A DNA stretch of 63,194 bases, filler included, from Octopus bimaculoides (GCF_001194135.2; 3 parts of 3 records of this genome joined end to end with filler, not necessarily neighbours in it); one strand, 5' to 3'; positions 38,877 through 50,602 are shown, counted from the whole stretch's first letter. The notes: generated by a model from the sequence alone, not told the origin. Numbers and translations are program-made.

Positions 38877-39192
38877 ACTAGTGTATGTATGTTTATATGT
38901 ATGTATGTATGTGTGTGTGTATGTATGTATATATATGTGTGTGTGTATGTATGTATGTATGTATGTATGTATGTATGTATGTATGCATGTATGTATGTGT
39001 GTGTGCATGTATCTATGTATGTGTGTGTGTATGCATTGTGTAAATACTGTCCGAAAAAAGAAAAAAACTGAACAGATGTTCAAGTTAATTATATCTGATT
39101 ATCTCGTCTTGGGAATGTCCAGATATGAAGAATATCAACAGTAATTTCTAATCTTGGAGCAAGGCCATGTTGATTGAGTTGATCTGAGCATA

Positions 39193-39510
39193 GAGAACGC
39201 TTAGTGGTTAGGGTGTTCAGCTAACGATCCCAAGGTCGTGCGTTCGACTCCTCGCTGCACGTTGTGTCCCTGAGCAAGGCACTTTATTTTACGTTGCTCC
39301 AGTTCACTCAGCTGGCAAAAATGAGCAGTACTTGTGTCTCAAAGAGGCGACCTTGTCACATACTGTGTCATGCTGAATCTCCCCGAGAATTACAATAAGG
39401 GTACACGTATCTGTGGAGTGCTCAGCCACTTGCACGTTTATTTCACGAGCAGGCTGTTCCATTGATCGGATCAACTGGGACCTTCATCGTTATAACCGAC
39501 AGAGTGCCAC
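39193..39510 (+). mobile_element. tRNA-derived SINE family D (core shared with family C, different tail)
   Basis: cttagtggttagggtg..gttcgactcct..ctgagcaaggcac..ttgctccagttcactcagctgg..gtctgtggagtgctcagccacttgcac. A minus-strand copy lies at 56589-56832. Confidence 0.75.
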
Positions 39511-39710
39511 TTAGTTACTTAGATCTGAACCGAAAGGCTCCCCACCATTGACTCTCTTGTTTTGACTCTCTTGTTTTCATTGACTCTCTTGTTTCCATGT
39601 ATTCAATGAACTACAAAACATTCTCTAATGTGATTTTCATTTGAGACGAGATGACATAGTTCGAAGGTAGGTTTAGTTGCTATTTCTAGTACATAGAACA
39701 ACTATATATT

Positions 39711-40100
39711 TCTTTCTTTATTACTCACAGGAGGCTAAACATAGTGGGGACAAAGAAGGACAGACAAAAGGGTGAAAGGCAAAGTCGACCTCGGTGGAAT
39801 TTGAACTCAGAACATAAAGACAGATGAAATCCCGCTAAGCATTTCGCCTGGCGTGCTAACGTTTCTTATTTCTTTATTGCCCACAAGGGGCTACACACAG
39901 AAGGGACAAACAAGGACTGACAGAGGGATTAAGTCGAGTATATCGACCCAGTACGAAACTGGTAGTTATTTAATCGACCCTGAAAGGATGAAAGGCTAAG
40001 TCGACCTCGGTGGAATTTTGAACTCAGAACGTAGCGGCAGACGAAATACCGCTAAGCATTTCGCCCGACGTGCTAACGTTTCTGCCAGCTCGCCGCCTTA
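39711..40100 (-). mobile_element. SINE family A dimer with 16-bp TSD
   Basis: TSD agaacaactatatatt at 39695-39710 and 40101-40116. Same junction aaataa|gaaacgttag as at 27.1 kb. The 3' unit has an internal deletion. Confidence 0.9.
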
Positions 40101-40174
40101 AGAACAACTATATATTGATTAAAGAAAATATTGGGGCAAATAAGCCCTCGATGGAAAAAAAAAATGCGGGTTTT

Positions 40175-40246
40175 CCGCACGCAAGGGACTCGAACCTACA
40201 CCTCTTATTTTCGCGGTAAATGTGCTAACCATTACACCAACGTACT
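40175..40246 (-). pseudogene. Degenerate tRNA-like sequence (tRNA pseudogene or orphan SINE head)
   Basis: The minus strand has TGGTGTAATGG (A box), GGTTCGAGTCC (B box), 6-bp acceptor pairing and a downstream T run. Anticodon and T stems pair poorly. Confidence 0.4.
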
Positions 40247-40443
40247 CACTCATTTCTGCCTCTTAGATTAAAAGCTATAACTTCATAGTGTTGTTTTTGT
40301 TTAATATACGAATATGTGCGTTTCTGCCTTAAATGTAGAAGCGTTGACGAGTGGCAACTCTGAAAATATCAGCGACCACCGTGTATTGACTACAAAAAGT
40401 AAGCTAATGTTGGGGCATATAAGCCGCCATATATAGATAGATA

Positions 40444-40709
40444 GGTAATCTTCAAGTTTAGGGGGATAAAAAAAATAAATAAAAATATTCAAGGGAAATA
40501 ACTGAACGACTTACCAGTATTATCCGTTTTCTTCTAGTTGTTTATAAATAAATCACTCCCTAACCCTAATCCTAACCCTAACGCCAATCAAATCACGTGT
40601 GTGATTTATTTATAAACAGAGATGTACGGAGAATACTGGTAAGACGTTCAGTTACTTCCCTTGAATATTTTTATTTATTTTTTTCATCCCCCTAAACTTG
40701 AAGATTACC
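40444..40709. mobile_element. Fold-back MITE with arms of about 110 bp, 8-bp TSD and telomere-like core
   Basis: GGTAATCTTCAAGTTTAGGGGGAT...ATCCCCCTAAACTTGAAGATTACC; TSD gatagata at 40436-40443 and 40710-40717; centre ccctaaccctaatcctaaccctaa. Confidence 0.85.
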
Positions 40710-40814
40710 GATAGATAAATGGTAGATAAATGAATAGATAAATAGATAGATCGATAGATAGATAAATAGATCGATAGAGAGATAGATAGATGGATAGATA
40801 GATATGTGTACGTG

Positions 40815-41035
40815 TGTGTGCGTATGTGTGTGTCTATATGTATATGTGTTTGTCCCCTGCCACGGCTTGACAACTGGTGTTGGTTTGTTTACGCCCCTGT
40901 AACATAGCAGTTCGGCAAAAGAGGCCGATAGGATAAGTACTAGACATAAAAATAAGCGCCAGGGTCGATTCGTTCGTCGAAGATATGCTCCGCATGACCG
41001 CAGTCCAATGAACCTCAAACAAATAAAAGATAAAA
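40815..41035 (+). mobile_element. SINE family B 3' half
   Basis: gcttgacaactggtgttgg..gttcggcaaaagaggccgatagg..gggtcgattcg..cgcagtc..aaaagataaaa. Confidence 0.7.
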
Positions 41036-41124
41036 AATAAATACTATCTGATATTTTCTCTGATGCTTTACCAATTCTGCCATTCCTTCGTACTTTGAAT
41101 AGTGATCTCAATATTTATGATAAT

Positions 41125-41560
41125 CTAAGGCGGCGAGCTGGCAGAAACGTTAGCACGCTGGGCGAAATGCTTAGCACTATTTCGTCCGTCTTTATGTTCT
41201 GAGTTCAAATTCCACCGAGGTCGACTTTGCGTTTCATTCTTTCAGGGTCGATAAATTAAGTACCAGTTACGCACTGGAATCGATGTAATCGACTTAATCC
41301 CTTTGCCTGTCCTTGATTGTCCCCTGTATGTTTAGCCCCTTGTGGGCAATAAAGAAATAAGAAACGTTAGCACGACGAACAAAATGCTTAGCCGCATTTC
41401 GTCCGTCTTTACGTTCTGAGTTCAAATTCCGCTGAGGTCAGCTTTGCCTTTCATCCTTTCGGACTCGATAAATTAAGTACCAGTTGCGTACTGGAGTCGA
41501 TCTAATCGATTGGTCTCCCCCTCCCCCCAAATTTCGGGCCTTGTGCCTAGAGTAGAAAAG
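41125..41560 (+). mobile_element. SINE family A dimer with two different tails and 15-bp TSD
   Basis: TSD aatatttatgataat at 41110-41124 and 41561-41575. Unit 1 tail ...gccccttgtgggcaataaagaaataa; unit 2 tail ...atttcgggccttgtgcctagagtagaaaag. Confidence 0.9.
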
Positions 41561-41893
41561 AATATTTATGATAATTAGATGTTAGACCAAGAATAATGGC
41601 GCCTTNNNNNNNNNNNNNNNNNNNNNNNNNNNNNNNNNNNNNNNNNNNNNNNNNNNNNNNNNNNNNNNNNNNNNNNNNNNNNNNNNNNNNNNNNNNNNNN
41701 NNNNNNNNNNNNNNNNNNNNNNNNNNNNNNNNNNNNNNNNNNNNNNNNNNNNNNNNNNNNNNNNNNNNNNNNNNNNNNNNNNNNNNNNNNNNNNNNNNNN
41801 NNNNNNNNNNNNNNNNNNNNNNNNNNNNNNNNNNNNNNNNNNNNNNNNNNNNNNNNNNNNNNNNNNNNNNNNNNNNNNNNNNNNNNNNNNNNN

Positions 41894-41930
<37 letters not shown>

Positions 41931-41936
<6 letters not shown>

Positions 41937-42035
41937 AAAGAAGAGAGAGAGAGAAGGAAAGAAGAGAGAGAGAGAAGGAAAGAAGAGAGAGAGAGAAGGA
42001 AAGAAGAGAGAGAGAGAAGGAAAGAAGAGAGAGTG
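41931..42035. repeat. 21-bp purine minisatellite (AGAAGGAAAGAAGAGAGAGAG)n within (GA)n
   Basis: Four copies directly visible. Confidence 0.85.
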
Positions 42036-42289
42036 AGAGAGAGAGAGAACATGGATGGTTTTTAAATGAAATGTTATAGAAAAAAAAGCCCTTTTGTATT
42101 CACCATTACTGAACATCAAATTAAACGAGAATGTTAAAAGAAAATTGTTTTGAGGAGTGCGAACCCCGACACATTTCTGTCAGTTGTTAAAAGCAGGAAT
42201 TGAAATGGTTTGGTCTTGTCACACAACACTCTGACATCCTCTTGCGAAAGAGATTCTGGAACTAATTTGAAGACCCCTTCGTGGACGTT

Positions 42290-42610
42290 TGGGTTTATAG
42301 AAATAGCAACTAAATCTCTGTCAAATTATAACCTAGCGTCTTAAAAAGAAGGACACAAAGAATGGTATACTTCTGGACGCAGTGTATACAATGCTTGGGA
42401 AACAGACTGGATGGTCACATTAGGAATGCAAAGAGATTCTTCAGCTAATCAGAAGACTTCTTCTTGGAATTTGAGCTTATAGAAATAGCAGCTAATTCTC
42501 TCTCATATTATACCCTAACCTCTTAAAAAGGAAGGATATGATAGTATGCTTCTGGCTACACTGTGTTAAATGGCTGGGAAGGGAGAGGGATGGTCACATT
42601 AGGGATGTCT
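42290..42610. repeat. Two diverged tandem copies (about 180-bp period) of an abundant dispersed repeat
   Basis: tatagaaatagca.ctaa.tctct..ataccc....tcttaaaaag..ggatggtcacattagg occurs twice. Related pieces near 15505, 24285, 31080, 39665 and 61555. Confidence 0.6.
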
Positions 42611-43429
42611 TTAATCATGTGACAACTTGATCAAAGTTGGTGAATGCGACATAAGTGACGAGCGGAGCAGTGACTACGAATTTGGTGGAGTTAAGTTGAG
42701 GTGGTCCTCGATCACCCAGTTCTGGTAATTGATGAGACAGCGAGTAATCGAAACAGTGGCGTATTGGGACTAAACGCTGTACGGTATTCAGTTACGTCCC
42801 TTTCTTTTCCGTATTTAAATTCCATCAGGGTCAATTTTCCTTTTTTACTCTCCTTCTCCCTCTCTCATAAAACAAATACGAAAAGCAAATAAATCTTATT
42901 ATTTGACATTTATTACCAAACAATCATCAACTGAACTTTAATCATAATACTGTCTGAAACAGAATAATAATATAATAATATAAACATTATAATAATACTA
43001 TAAACAAACAAGATAAGAGTGTATAAATAAAATGTTATAGTCATCTATTTAATAATATAGTTGATGATTAATGGAGATTATGTTACAATGTCCTCTGGCT
43101 TAAGAAAACAAAACTCAACATCTCTTCAATAAGTAATTTAAGATGCCTTATATTACAGCTAGAATGCCAGATTTCATTATTCTAGCCTGAAAGGTTACTT
43201 GGTTAATACTGTTACTGACAAACGGAAATTTTGTTGTTGCATGAATAACGCTGGTTGAACGTCTGGACTACTGTTCCCCACTCTAAACAGTGCGTTTGTG
43301 CGCGCGCACACATTTTGCAACTAAGGGCGGAAAACAACGTGTGCGCATAAGAATTTTCTAGATGAAATCGTTTTCTTTAAATGGAAAAAAAATTGAGTAA
43401 CGCTCGCATGTATGTGCACATATTCTGCT

Positions 43430-46050
43430 AAGGAAGACCAATTTTGCACACAATGCAAATTTCTGCGCTCACCCACAGTAAATAATTCGAACAATAGTCT
43501 TGACCATTAATATTGGTGTTATAAAATGGGTCGTCCCAAATTTCGATATTATCTGGAATTCGCTCATTTGTTGACTTTTTGTCATTTCGCTTCTTGTTAG
43601 TTTTTATCTGCTCCGTTCGGTGTGAAACAATGACATCTAACCGCAGTTTCTTGTTCATTTTAAGCTCACAATAGTTGAATCGTTCTCCAAACAATCTTAT
43701 TCATCCTTTCATACCACCCGTTCTTTGTGCATTATATCGTCTGGTAAGACTCTAGATAAAGTTAAGCTTGAATAAAACTGTCTTTATACAAGACTCGTGG
43801 TGGTAAGCCCATGATCAGAATCGATGAATGTCGTACAACGAAATAGAACAGATACATTTGTCACAGACACTAAGGTATATTCAGAAGTTGATACTTGCAA
43901 GACAGTAAAAAAGAAGCGTGTGAAACCATCGACAAGTGTTGACATATCTGACAAGCTGAAATAATTATCTTGAAACAATTATTAAGTCTTTCGAAGGGCT
44001 GAGCTATCTGAATCAATTTGCTGTTAGTATCGCGGAAATATCGAGGAAAATTGGGAAAAGACTGAGCAGTCACTATGTATCAGTCGGACTTCGTTGTTCT
44101 ACAGAAGATGGCACCCGTTTACAAAATGGACTACAACCAAGTTATTTTTAGATGCCTTAGTTAATCGTGATATTGTTTTAACGTTAATGTAGTTGTTACG
44201 ATCGAAGACATCCAAAATAACGCATCTGCAGTGACATTTTGTGAATCAGGACGATGGCGAATATCGGAAGAATATTCCAGCATGTTTTATGCACCATCTT
44301 TGAATTTTGTCGTTCTTATTTTAGAATGTTTAGTGCGGAAATATAGCTAGGACTTTAAACATGAGTTACAATTGAATAATGTTTCATTGAGAGATAGAAA
44401 CTCCATCTTCTGATTGTCTCCATCTATTGATCGAACTTCCTTTCCCATTGCAGAACTATAAATTTCTGTACTTGATAGAAAGTAAAAGATCATTTTGATA
44501 AAGGGTTGTACCAATAGCATATTCAGATATATATTTGGAATGCTTCCTCTTCGTCGATATCAACCAAAACATCCTACAGTGCTACATTTTATTGATTCCA
44601 ATACCATTATGTCATTTGATTTAAGAGAAAATGAAGTGCATTTTTTTTAAACAAGTTTTTTTGAAAAACCGTATTCTCACTGAGTGGAGTAATTGAAGAG
44701 ACTCGCCATATATTTTAAAAATTTAATTTCTGATGAAAGAGGAATAGTCAAGAGGGATTCTATAGTTATTGGATCATTTAGAAGCGATTGGTTTGAAATT
44801 GAGTGACTATGATTAGATATCTCTGATATTCAATAAACTAATTTTTTGTAGCTTATTTGGCGGACTCTTTCCATTGGTTCATCTATAGTATTGGTCGTGG
44901 TTCGCAAGAGAATCTCCAGTGATAGTGATGTTATTCATGTAGGCAAAAATATTGCTCACATCGTCATTCTTTTATTCTTTTATTCTTTTACTTGCTTCAG
45001 TCATTTGACTGCGGCCATGCTGGAGCACCGCCTTTAGTCGAGCAAATCGATCCCAGGACTTATTCTTTGTAAGCCTAGTACTTATTCTATCGGTCATCTT
45101 TTGCCGAACCGCTTAATTACGGGGACGTAAACACACCCAGCATCGGTTGTCAAACGATGATGGCGGGGGTGGACAAACACTGACACACAAACATATACAC
45201 ACACATATATATATACATATATACGACGGGCTTCTTTCAGTTTCCGTCTACCAAATCCACTCATAAGGCTTTGGTCGGCCCGAGGCTATAGTAGAAGACA
45301 CTTGTCCAAGGTGCCACGCAGTGGGAATGAACCTGGAACCATGTGATTGGTAAGCAAGCTACTTACCACACAGCCACTCCTTTTTATCAAACAAGATATC
45401 CAATTTGTAAAACTTACAAGAATCCTACAGAATTGCCACAACCTGTATGAATACTTATGAAATCTAGAAGTGGTTTTTGATGATGTGAAAGTCGGAGATC
45501 AAGTGTAGAAAAATTGTTAAATTTTGTCAAATTATTAGTCCTTTCCTCAATCAAGGAAATTAAGTAATTGTCGAAAGCGGTGTATTAATAGGCTGTACGA
45601 CAGAAATCTCCTTTTTTCCGTTCCTGGTTCCACTAATCCGAAAGACTTGGTTCAATGATATCAATGTGTTGCAATAGATTGATTTCTTCTTCAATGAATT
45701 CTGTCTTGGATTCCAAATCTTCGAGACCAAGTGGAAAAAGGTTTTGCTTTGTGACTCAGAAATTCAAATATAAGAACCGATTTTTATTAATTCCGGTTTT
45801 AAAAGATACATTGACAACTGGTCATGAAATTTCCATCAGAACCATTAAACTAACAAAAAAAAAAAAATCGTCATTTTGAATGTCTCAACATAAAATCTTC
45901 TGCCACGGATAACTGACTCCACACAATAGGAAATGATTTGCAATTTGATGCTAGAATAGCTTTTATCTCGAAGTTTTATGGTCGTTGAGTATCTTTTATG
46001 TATTTGTAAGATTTTTGCATCAGCAGTTAGGACATTTTCTTCGAGGTTTT
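43430..46050 (-). pseudogene. Gypsy pol pseudogene (protease, RT, RNase H, integrase), split by a SINE
   Basis: PR-like IKLRDKSYSSIKLQII..SVIRGRRF; RT FIEEEINLLQHIDIIEPS, FSTLDLRLSHHQKPL, IFAYMNNITITG (degenerate YxDD); RH ISEYAIGTTLYQN, DIRHRPDSQNVTADAL; IN QPFERLN, LVDGFTRF, IDSDHG. Many stops and frameshifts. Confidence 0.9.
44968..45380 (-). mobile_element. Young SINE family B inserted in the Gypsy RT
   Basis: Near-complete copy: head gagtggctgtgtggtaagtagcttgc, gggttcattcccactgcgtggcaccttgg core, tail (AAAGAATA)n. Confidence 0.9.
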
Positions 46051-46185
46051 CTATTTGAAAAACAAAACAAAACAAATTGTACGCTTTTTATACGGTTTAC
46101 AATTTGATGGCTCCTCTATCGATCATAGTAGGTAGCTTAAGTTCACAAATAAATATAACTTCAATGGCACAGTTAACCCCACAGC

Positions 46186-46389
46186 CAGTAGTGTAGCTAG
46201 AGAAGCAAGGTGGGTGTTAAGGGAGCTAGGAGCGGATGGGGCAGCTAGGGTGGATAGGGGCGGTCCTTGACTCTTTTATGGGCGGGGCACGTTTGAGACT
46301 GAAGTAAATTCCTGTGTAGTTTTAGTGGCATATGGTGGGTGCAATCGTCAGGTCTGCCCTGGGTGGCACATACTCTAGCCATGCCACAA
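46186..46389. mobile_element. Degenerate hAT-like MITE
   Basis: CAGTAGTGTAGCTAG ... CTAGCCATGCCAC imperfect TIRs; no clean TSD. Confidence 0.4.
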
Positions 46390-46457
46390 CCCTCAATTTT
46401 TATTTTTCTAAACAGATTTTTACGAAAACTTATTAAATGATACAGTTCTATATTTAC

Positions 46458-46632
46458 GAGATGAGGAATTAATGTGCATTATTTACATTATTTGCATTAT
46501 TTACATTTTGACGGATATTTGTCCTCATCTTGTTTGTTGCTAACACAACGTTTCGGCTGATATACCCTCCAACTTTCATCAGGTGTCTTGGGGAAATTTC
46601 GAACCTGGGTTCTCATTCCTAATTTCGAAATT
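46458..46632 (-). mobile_element. Penelope-like pseudo-LTR carrying a hammerhead motif at 46542-46587
   Basis: Homologous to 51240-51385. The minus strand reads GACAC CTGATGA A AGTTG..CAGCC GAAACGTT GTGTT. Confidence 0.8.
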
Positions 46633-46646
46633 AATACTGTTAATAC

Positions 46647-47190
46647 TCTTTTACTTGTTTCAGTCATTTAACTGCGGCCATGCTGGAGCACCGCCATTAG
46701 TCGAGCAAATCGACCCTAGGACTTATTCTTTGTAAGCCTAGTACTTATTCTATCGGTCTCTTTTGCCGAACCGCTAAGTTACGGGGACGTAAACACACCA
46801 GCTTCGGTTGTCNNNNNNNNNNNNNNNNNNNNNNNNNNNNNNNNNNNNNNNNNNNNNNNNNNNNNNNNNNNNNNNNNNNNNNNNNNNNNNNNNNNNNNNN
46901 NNNNNNNNNNNNNNNNNNNNNNNNNNNNNNNNNNNNNNNNNNNNNNNNNNNNNNNNNNNNNNNNNNNNNNNNNNNNNNNNNNNNNNNNNNNNNNNNNNNN
47001 NNNNNNNNNNNNNNNNNNNNNNNNNNNNNNNNNNNNNNNNNNNNTTCTGTCTACCAAATCCACTCACAAGGCTTTGGTCGGCCCGAGGCTATAGTAGAAG
47101 ACACTTGCCCAAGATGCCACGCAGTGGGACTGAATCCGGAACCATGTGGCTGGTAAGCAAGTTACTTACCACACAGCCACTCCTGCGCCT
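46647..47190 (-). mobile_element. Young SINE family B with middle in a gap
   Basis: Both ends nearly identical to 44968-45380; ends cactcctgcgcct. Confidence 0.9.
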
Positions 47191-49661
47191 GAAGATTGAA
47201 GAAGATTTTCGTTTTTTGTTTGTGCGTCTTGATACCAAAAATTGTCGTGTAAATACTTCTGAAGTTTTCGTTTTTCAGTGTTGCAAGAAAGTTGGCACAG
47301 AAAAAAAAAAAAAAAAATTATCATCGACGTCATGTTTGAGCATCAAAACTTTTGGAGTAATAACCTAACGGTTAAGAACTGCTACTACCAATAATTCTTT
47401 AAGAATTTTACTATTAGTGATTCCAGAGATAAAAGAATCATATACTGATTCTTTTTCCTATTGCCTTGCGGTGACGTCTTTGCATTGACAGACTTTATTT
47501 TGATGGTTTTAACACTTCTAGAAAACGTCACTACGTTTCCTTACTGAATCGCTGGCGTTTTATCAGAGAATAACGAAAGAACTGCACCTCTACCACAAGG
47601 TTGTATAAAGGCATCATTTAAATGACAAAAGCTTGTCGATAAGCTCGACAGTTTTGAATTCAACGAAACTTATAACAAGAAAAATAATTTACTCGTCAAT
47701 ACATTTTCTTGGTGTCGCTAAGACAGTTGTAGTAACTTGTGTATGATGTTCAACTCCTCAAGCAGCGAAGCTACGAACTTTCTGAACATGGTGCATTAAT
47801 ATTATTACTAAAACAGGTAGATTTGAATAGCTTAATGACATCATGGTTCCATTGTGTTGTTAAGCTTGATAGTTTTGAATACAACGAAAATCACCAAACA
47901 AATAAGCTTTAGTCATTCCATTGTATAGGCGTCTCTAAGAGAGTTGTAGCGACTTATGTAAGATGTTCAACTTCTTTACCAACTAACTCATGAAATTTCT
48001 GAACATGGCGTCTCAGTATCTTCTAAAAGCTGGTAGGCTTGAATAACTAGCTTAATGACATCATCGTCACGTGATTGAGAAGAAATAAATGTCTGCTTGT
48101 TCTAGCTCGGAAAATTATGAATTCTTATGAACTGACGTTTTATTTCCGGCTTGTGCCAATAGAACGGATTATGATTGCCTGGTAAATTGTCGTAAAAAAA
48201 ATACGAGAAGCAAATAAATTTTATTGTTTGACTTTTATTACTAAACAATCATCGATCGTATTTTATTGACAAGGCTGTTATTATCTGAAAAAGAAACAAC
48301 ACAGGATAATTATAATAAAAGTTAGCTATCAAACAATATTGTCAATGATTAATGGGGTTATGTTACAGCCTGTACATACCAGTGAAATATGGGGATCGAT
48401 AGAAATGGATCTACTACCTCTACACATTCCTGGCCTTGTTGAAAAGCTAGAATTCAATATTTGTTCAGACGGTAAAATAAAGGAAAGGATTATAAGACAA
48501 TCATTTTCTGCCGACTATTTATTTATTCAAACTCCATATCAAGTCAACGAGGGCGTCACTAAGTTTTCACTTGGTCCTGCTAAAAATAATAGTAAAATCT
48601 CACATCCTACAGTTTTGATAAACAAAAGACATGATAACAATGTAGTTGTAGCCCTAGATATTCTAAGCCTGAAAAACAAATAGAAAGAAAAAAAAATTGA
48701 TGATCACAAAACGTGGAAATATTTTTGATCATACGTCTGCCGGATCAGAGCTGACCTTGGGTTAAACAACAGCAAAAAGAATAATTTCTCAGTTTAGACA
48801 AGGTAAGCATCATATAGCCGTTCAACCAGCAAGAAATAGGAACTAAAACTTCTTCAGATCACATACTACATTCTAGATAGAAATAATAAAAATTGTTCTA
48901 CTATTGGCACAGGGCCTGAAAATTAAAATTTGGGAGAGAGGGTTAGTCGATTATATATATATATATATNNNNNNNNNNNNNNNNNNNNNNNNNNNNNNNN
49001 NNNNNNNNNNNNNNNNNNNNNNNNNNNNNNNNNNNNNNNNNNNNNNNNNNNNNNNNNNNNNNNNNNNNNNNNNNNNNNNNNNNNNNNNNNNNNNNNNNNN
49101 NNNNNNNNNNNNNNNNNNNNNNNNNNNNNNNNNNNNNNNNNNNNNNNNNNNNNNNNNNNNNNNNNNNNNNNNNNNNNNNNNNNNNNNNNNNNNNNNNNNN
49201 NNNNNNNNNNNNNNNNNNNNNNNNNNNNNNNNNNNNNNNNNNNNNNNNNNNNNNNNNNNNNNNNNNNNNNNNNNNNNNNNNNNNNNNNNNNNNNNNNNNN
49301 NNNNNNNNNNNNNNNNNNNNNNNNNNNNNNNNNNNNNNNNNNNNNNNNNNNNNNNNNNNNNNNNNNNNNNNNNNNNNNNNNNNNNNNNNNNNNNNNNNNN
49401 NNNNNNNNNNNNNNNNNNNNNNNNNNNNNNNNNNNNNNNNNNNNNNNNNNNNNNNNNNNNNNNNNNNNNNNNNNNNNNNNNNNNNNNNNNNNNNNNNNNN
49501 NNNNNNNNNNNNNNNNNNNNNNNNNNNNNNNNNNNNNNNNNNNNNNNNNNNNNNNNNNNNNNNNNNNNNNNNNNNNNNNNNNNNNNNNNNNNNNNNNNNN
49601 NNNNNNNNNNNNNNNNNNNNNNNNNNNNNNNNNNNNNNNNNNNNNNNNNNNNNNNNNNNNN

Positions 49662-49713
49662 TAACTATGTGGTTGGTAAGCAAGCTACTTACCACACAGC
49701 CACTCCTGCGCCC
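49662..49713 (-). mobile_element. SINE family B head; remainder in a gap
   Basis: ggttggtaagcaagctacttaccacacagccactcctgcgcc. Confidence 0.8.
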
Positions 49714-49950
49714 ATATACAAACAAATGGTAAATGAGTATATGCATATATACGTACAGGTATGTGCATACCGACATCCACCTGTATGTATAGGTGCATAT
49801 CTGGGTACAGGACATTGCAAACAAAACGTAGACGAGAAAACACACAAGCCACATAGAGAACATTCTACTTCATCAGCTACCCGCGTTTTAACACCGGCGT
49901 TACATGTAGTCAATTAAAAAAACGGCAACAGAGTTTAATATAGACTTGAA
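49714..49950. repeat. Dispersed repeat family; copies in the opposite orientation at 29850-29960 and 59740-59920
   Basis: Shared gcatatctgggtacaggac.ttgcaaa..aacgt.gac block. CTGATGAAG on the minus strand hints at a PLE origin. Confidence 0.5.
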
Positions 49951-50279
49951 CCTGTGTTGAATCATTCATTATATTTGTCTGTTATGTAATTGCCTTTATT
50001 GGCATTTAGTCAAACAACATAGATTCCTCGTCACCATTTTTCTCTAACTCACTTCACCTAAAAAAAAAAAAATTGGAAATGACGCAGCGTATATGCTTGT
50101 ATGTGTTTTCATATGACTATATATATTGCGATGTCAACGTGTGTGTATGTGCGCGTGTGTGTGTGCGAGTGTACTTGTGTCTGTGTGTGCATATGTGTTT
50201 ATGTGCGGAGACATGCGTGTGTGTTAAGCGATGTGTTTGTATGAGTTGTTACGTCCATGTATTATGGAGTATGTCTATT

Positions 50280-50372
<93 letters not shown>

Positions 50373-50556
50373 TAGAGTGTGCATATTGAGACGTGTGGAA
50401 TAACAGCTTGGCTTTGTTGACAGTAACTTGCCGATTACAAAATTAATTACAAATGAGATTCAAGTTGTGTACTAACGGAGCGATGGGTAGGGTAGTGGTT
50501 ATGACAGCTAAACAGACCGATTGTAAGTGATTCATGTTCACTAGAGTGGATACCAT

Positions 50557-50602
<46 letters not shown>

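Larger units (their letters stand above)
42863..48367 (-). mobile_element. Decayed full-length Ty3/Gypsy LTR retrotransposon with nested insertions
   Basis: Direct repeats 42863-43087 and 48188-48367 both start TGTAACATAA on the minus strand; the 5' one ends TACGACA. Gag remnant KVCQCKDVTARQ*EKESVYDSFISGITN at about 47400-47500. Pol remnants in PR-RT-RH-IN order. Confidence 0.85.

Noticed and set aside
45845-46075. Apparent host exon with an acceptor-like site at 46050
   Set aside because: It lies in the Gypsy protease region and runs into the RT.
42858-48372. TSD for the Gypsy element (ccctc versus gcctg)
   Set aside because: Only 3 of 5 bases match, so it is not used as evidence.
48339-48683. 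114-aa ORF
   Set aside because: It starts inside the antisense LTR, has no recognisable motif and has no splice support.
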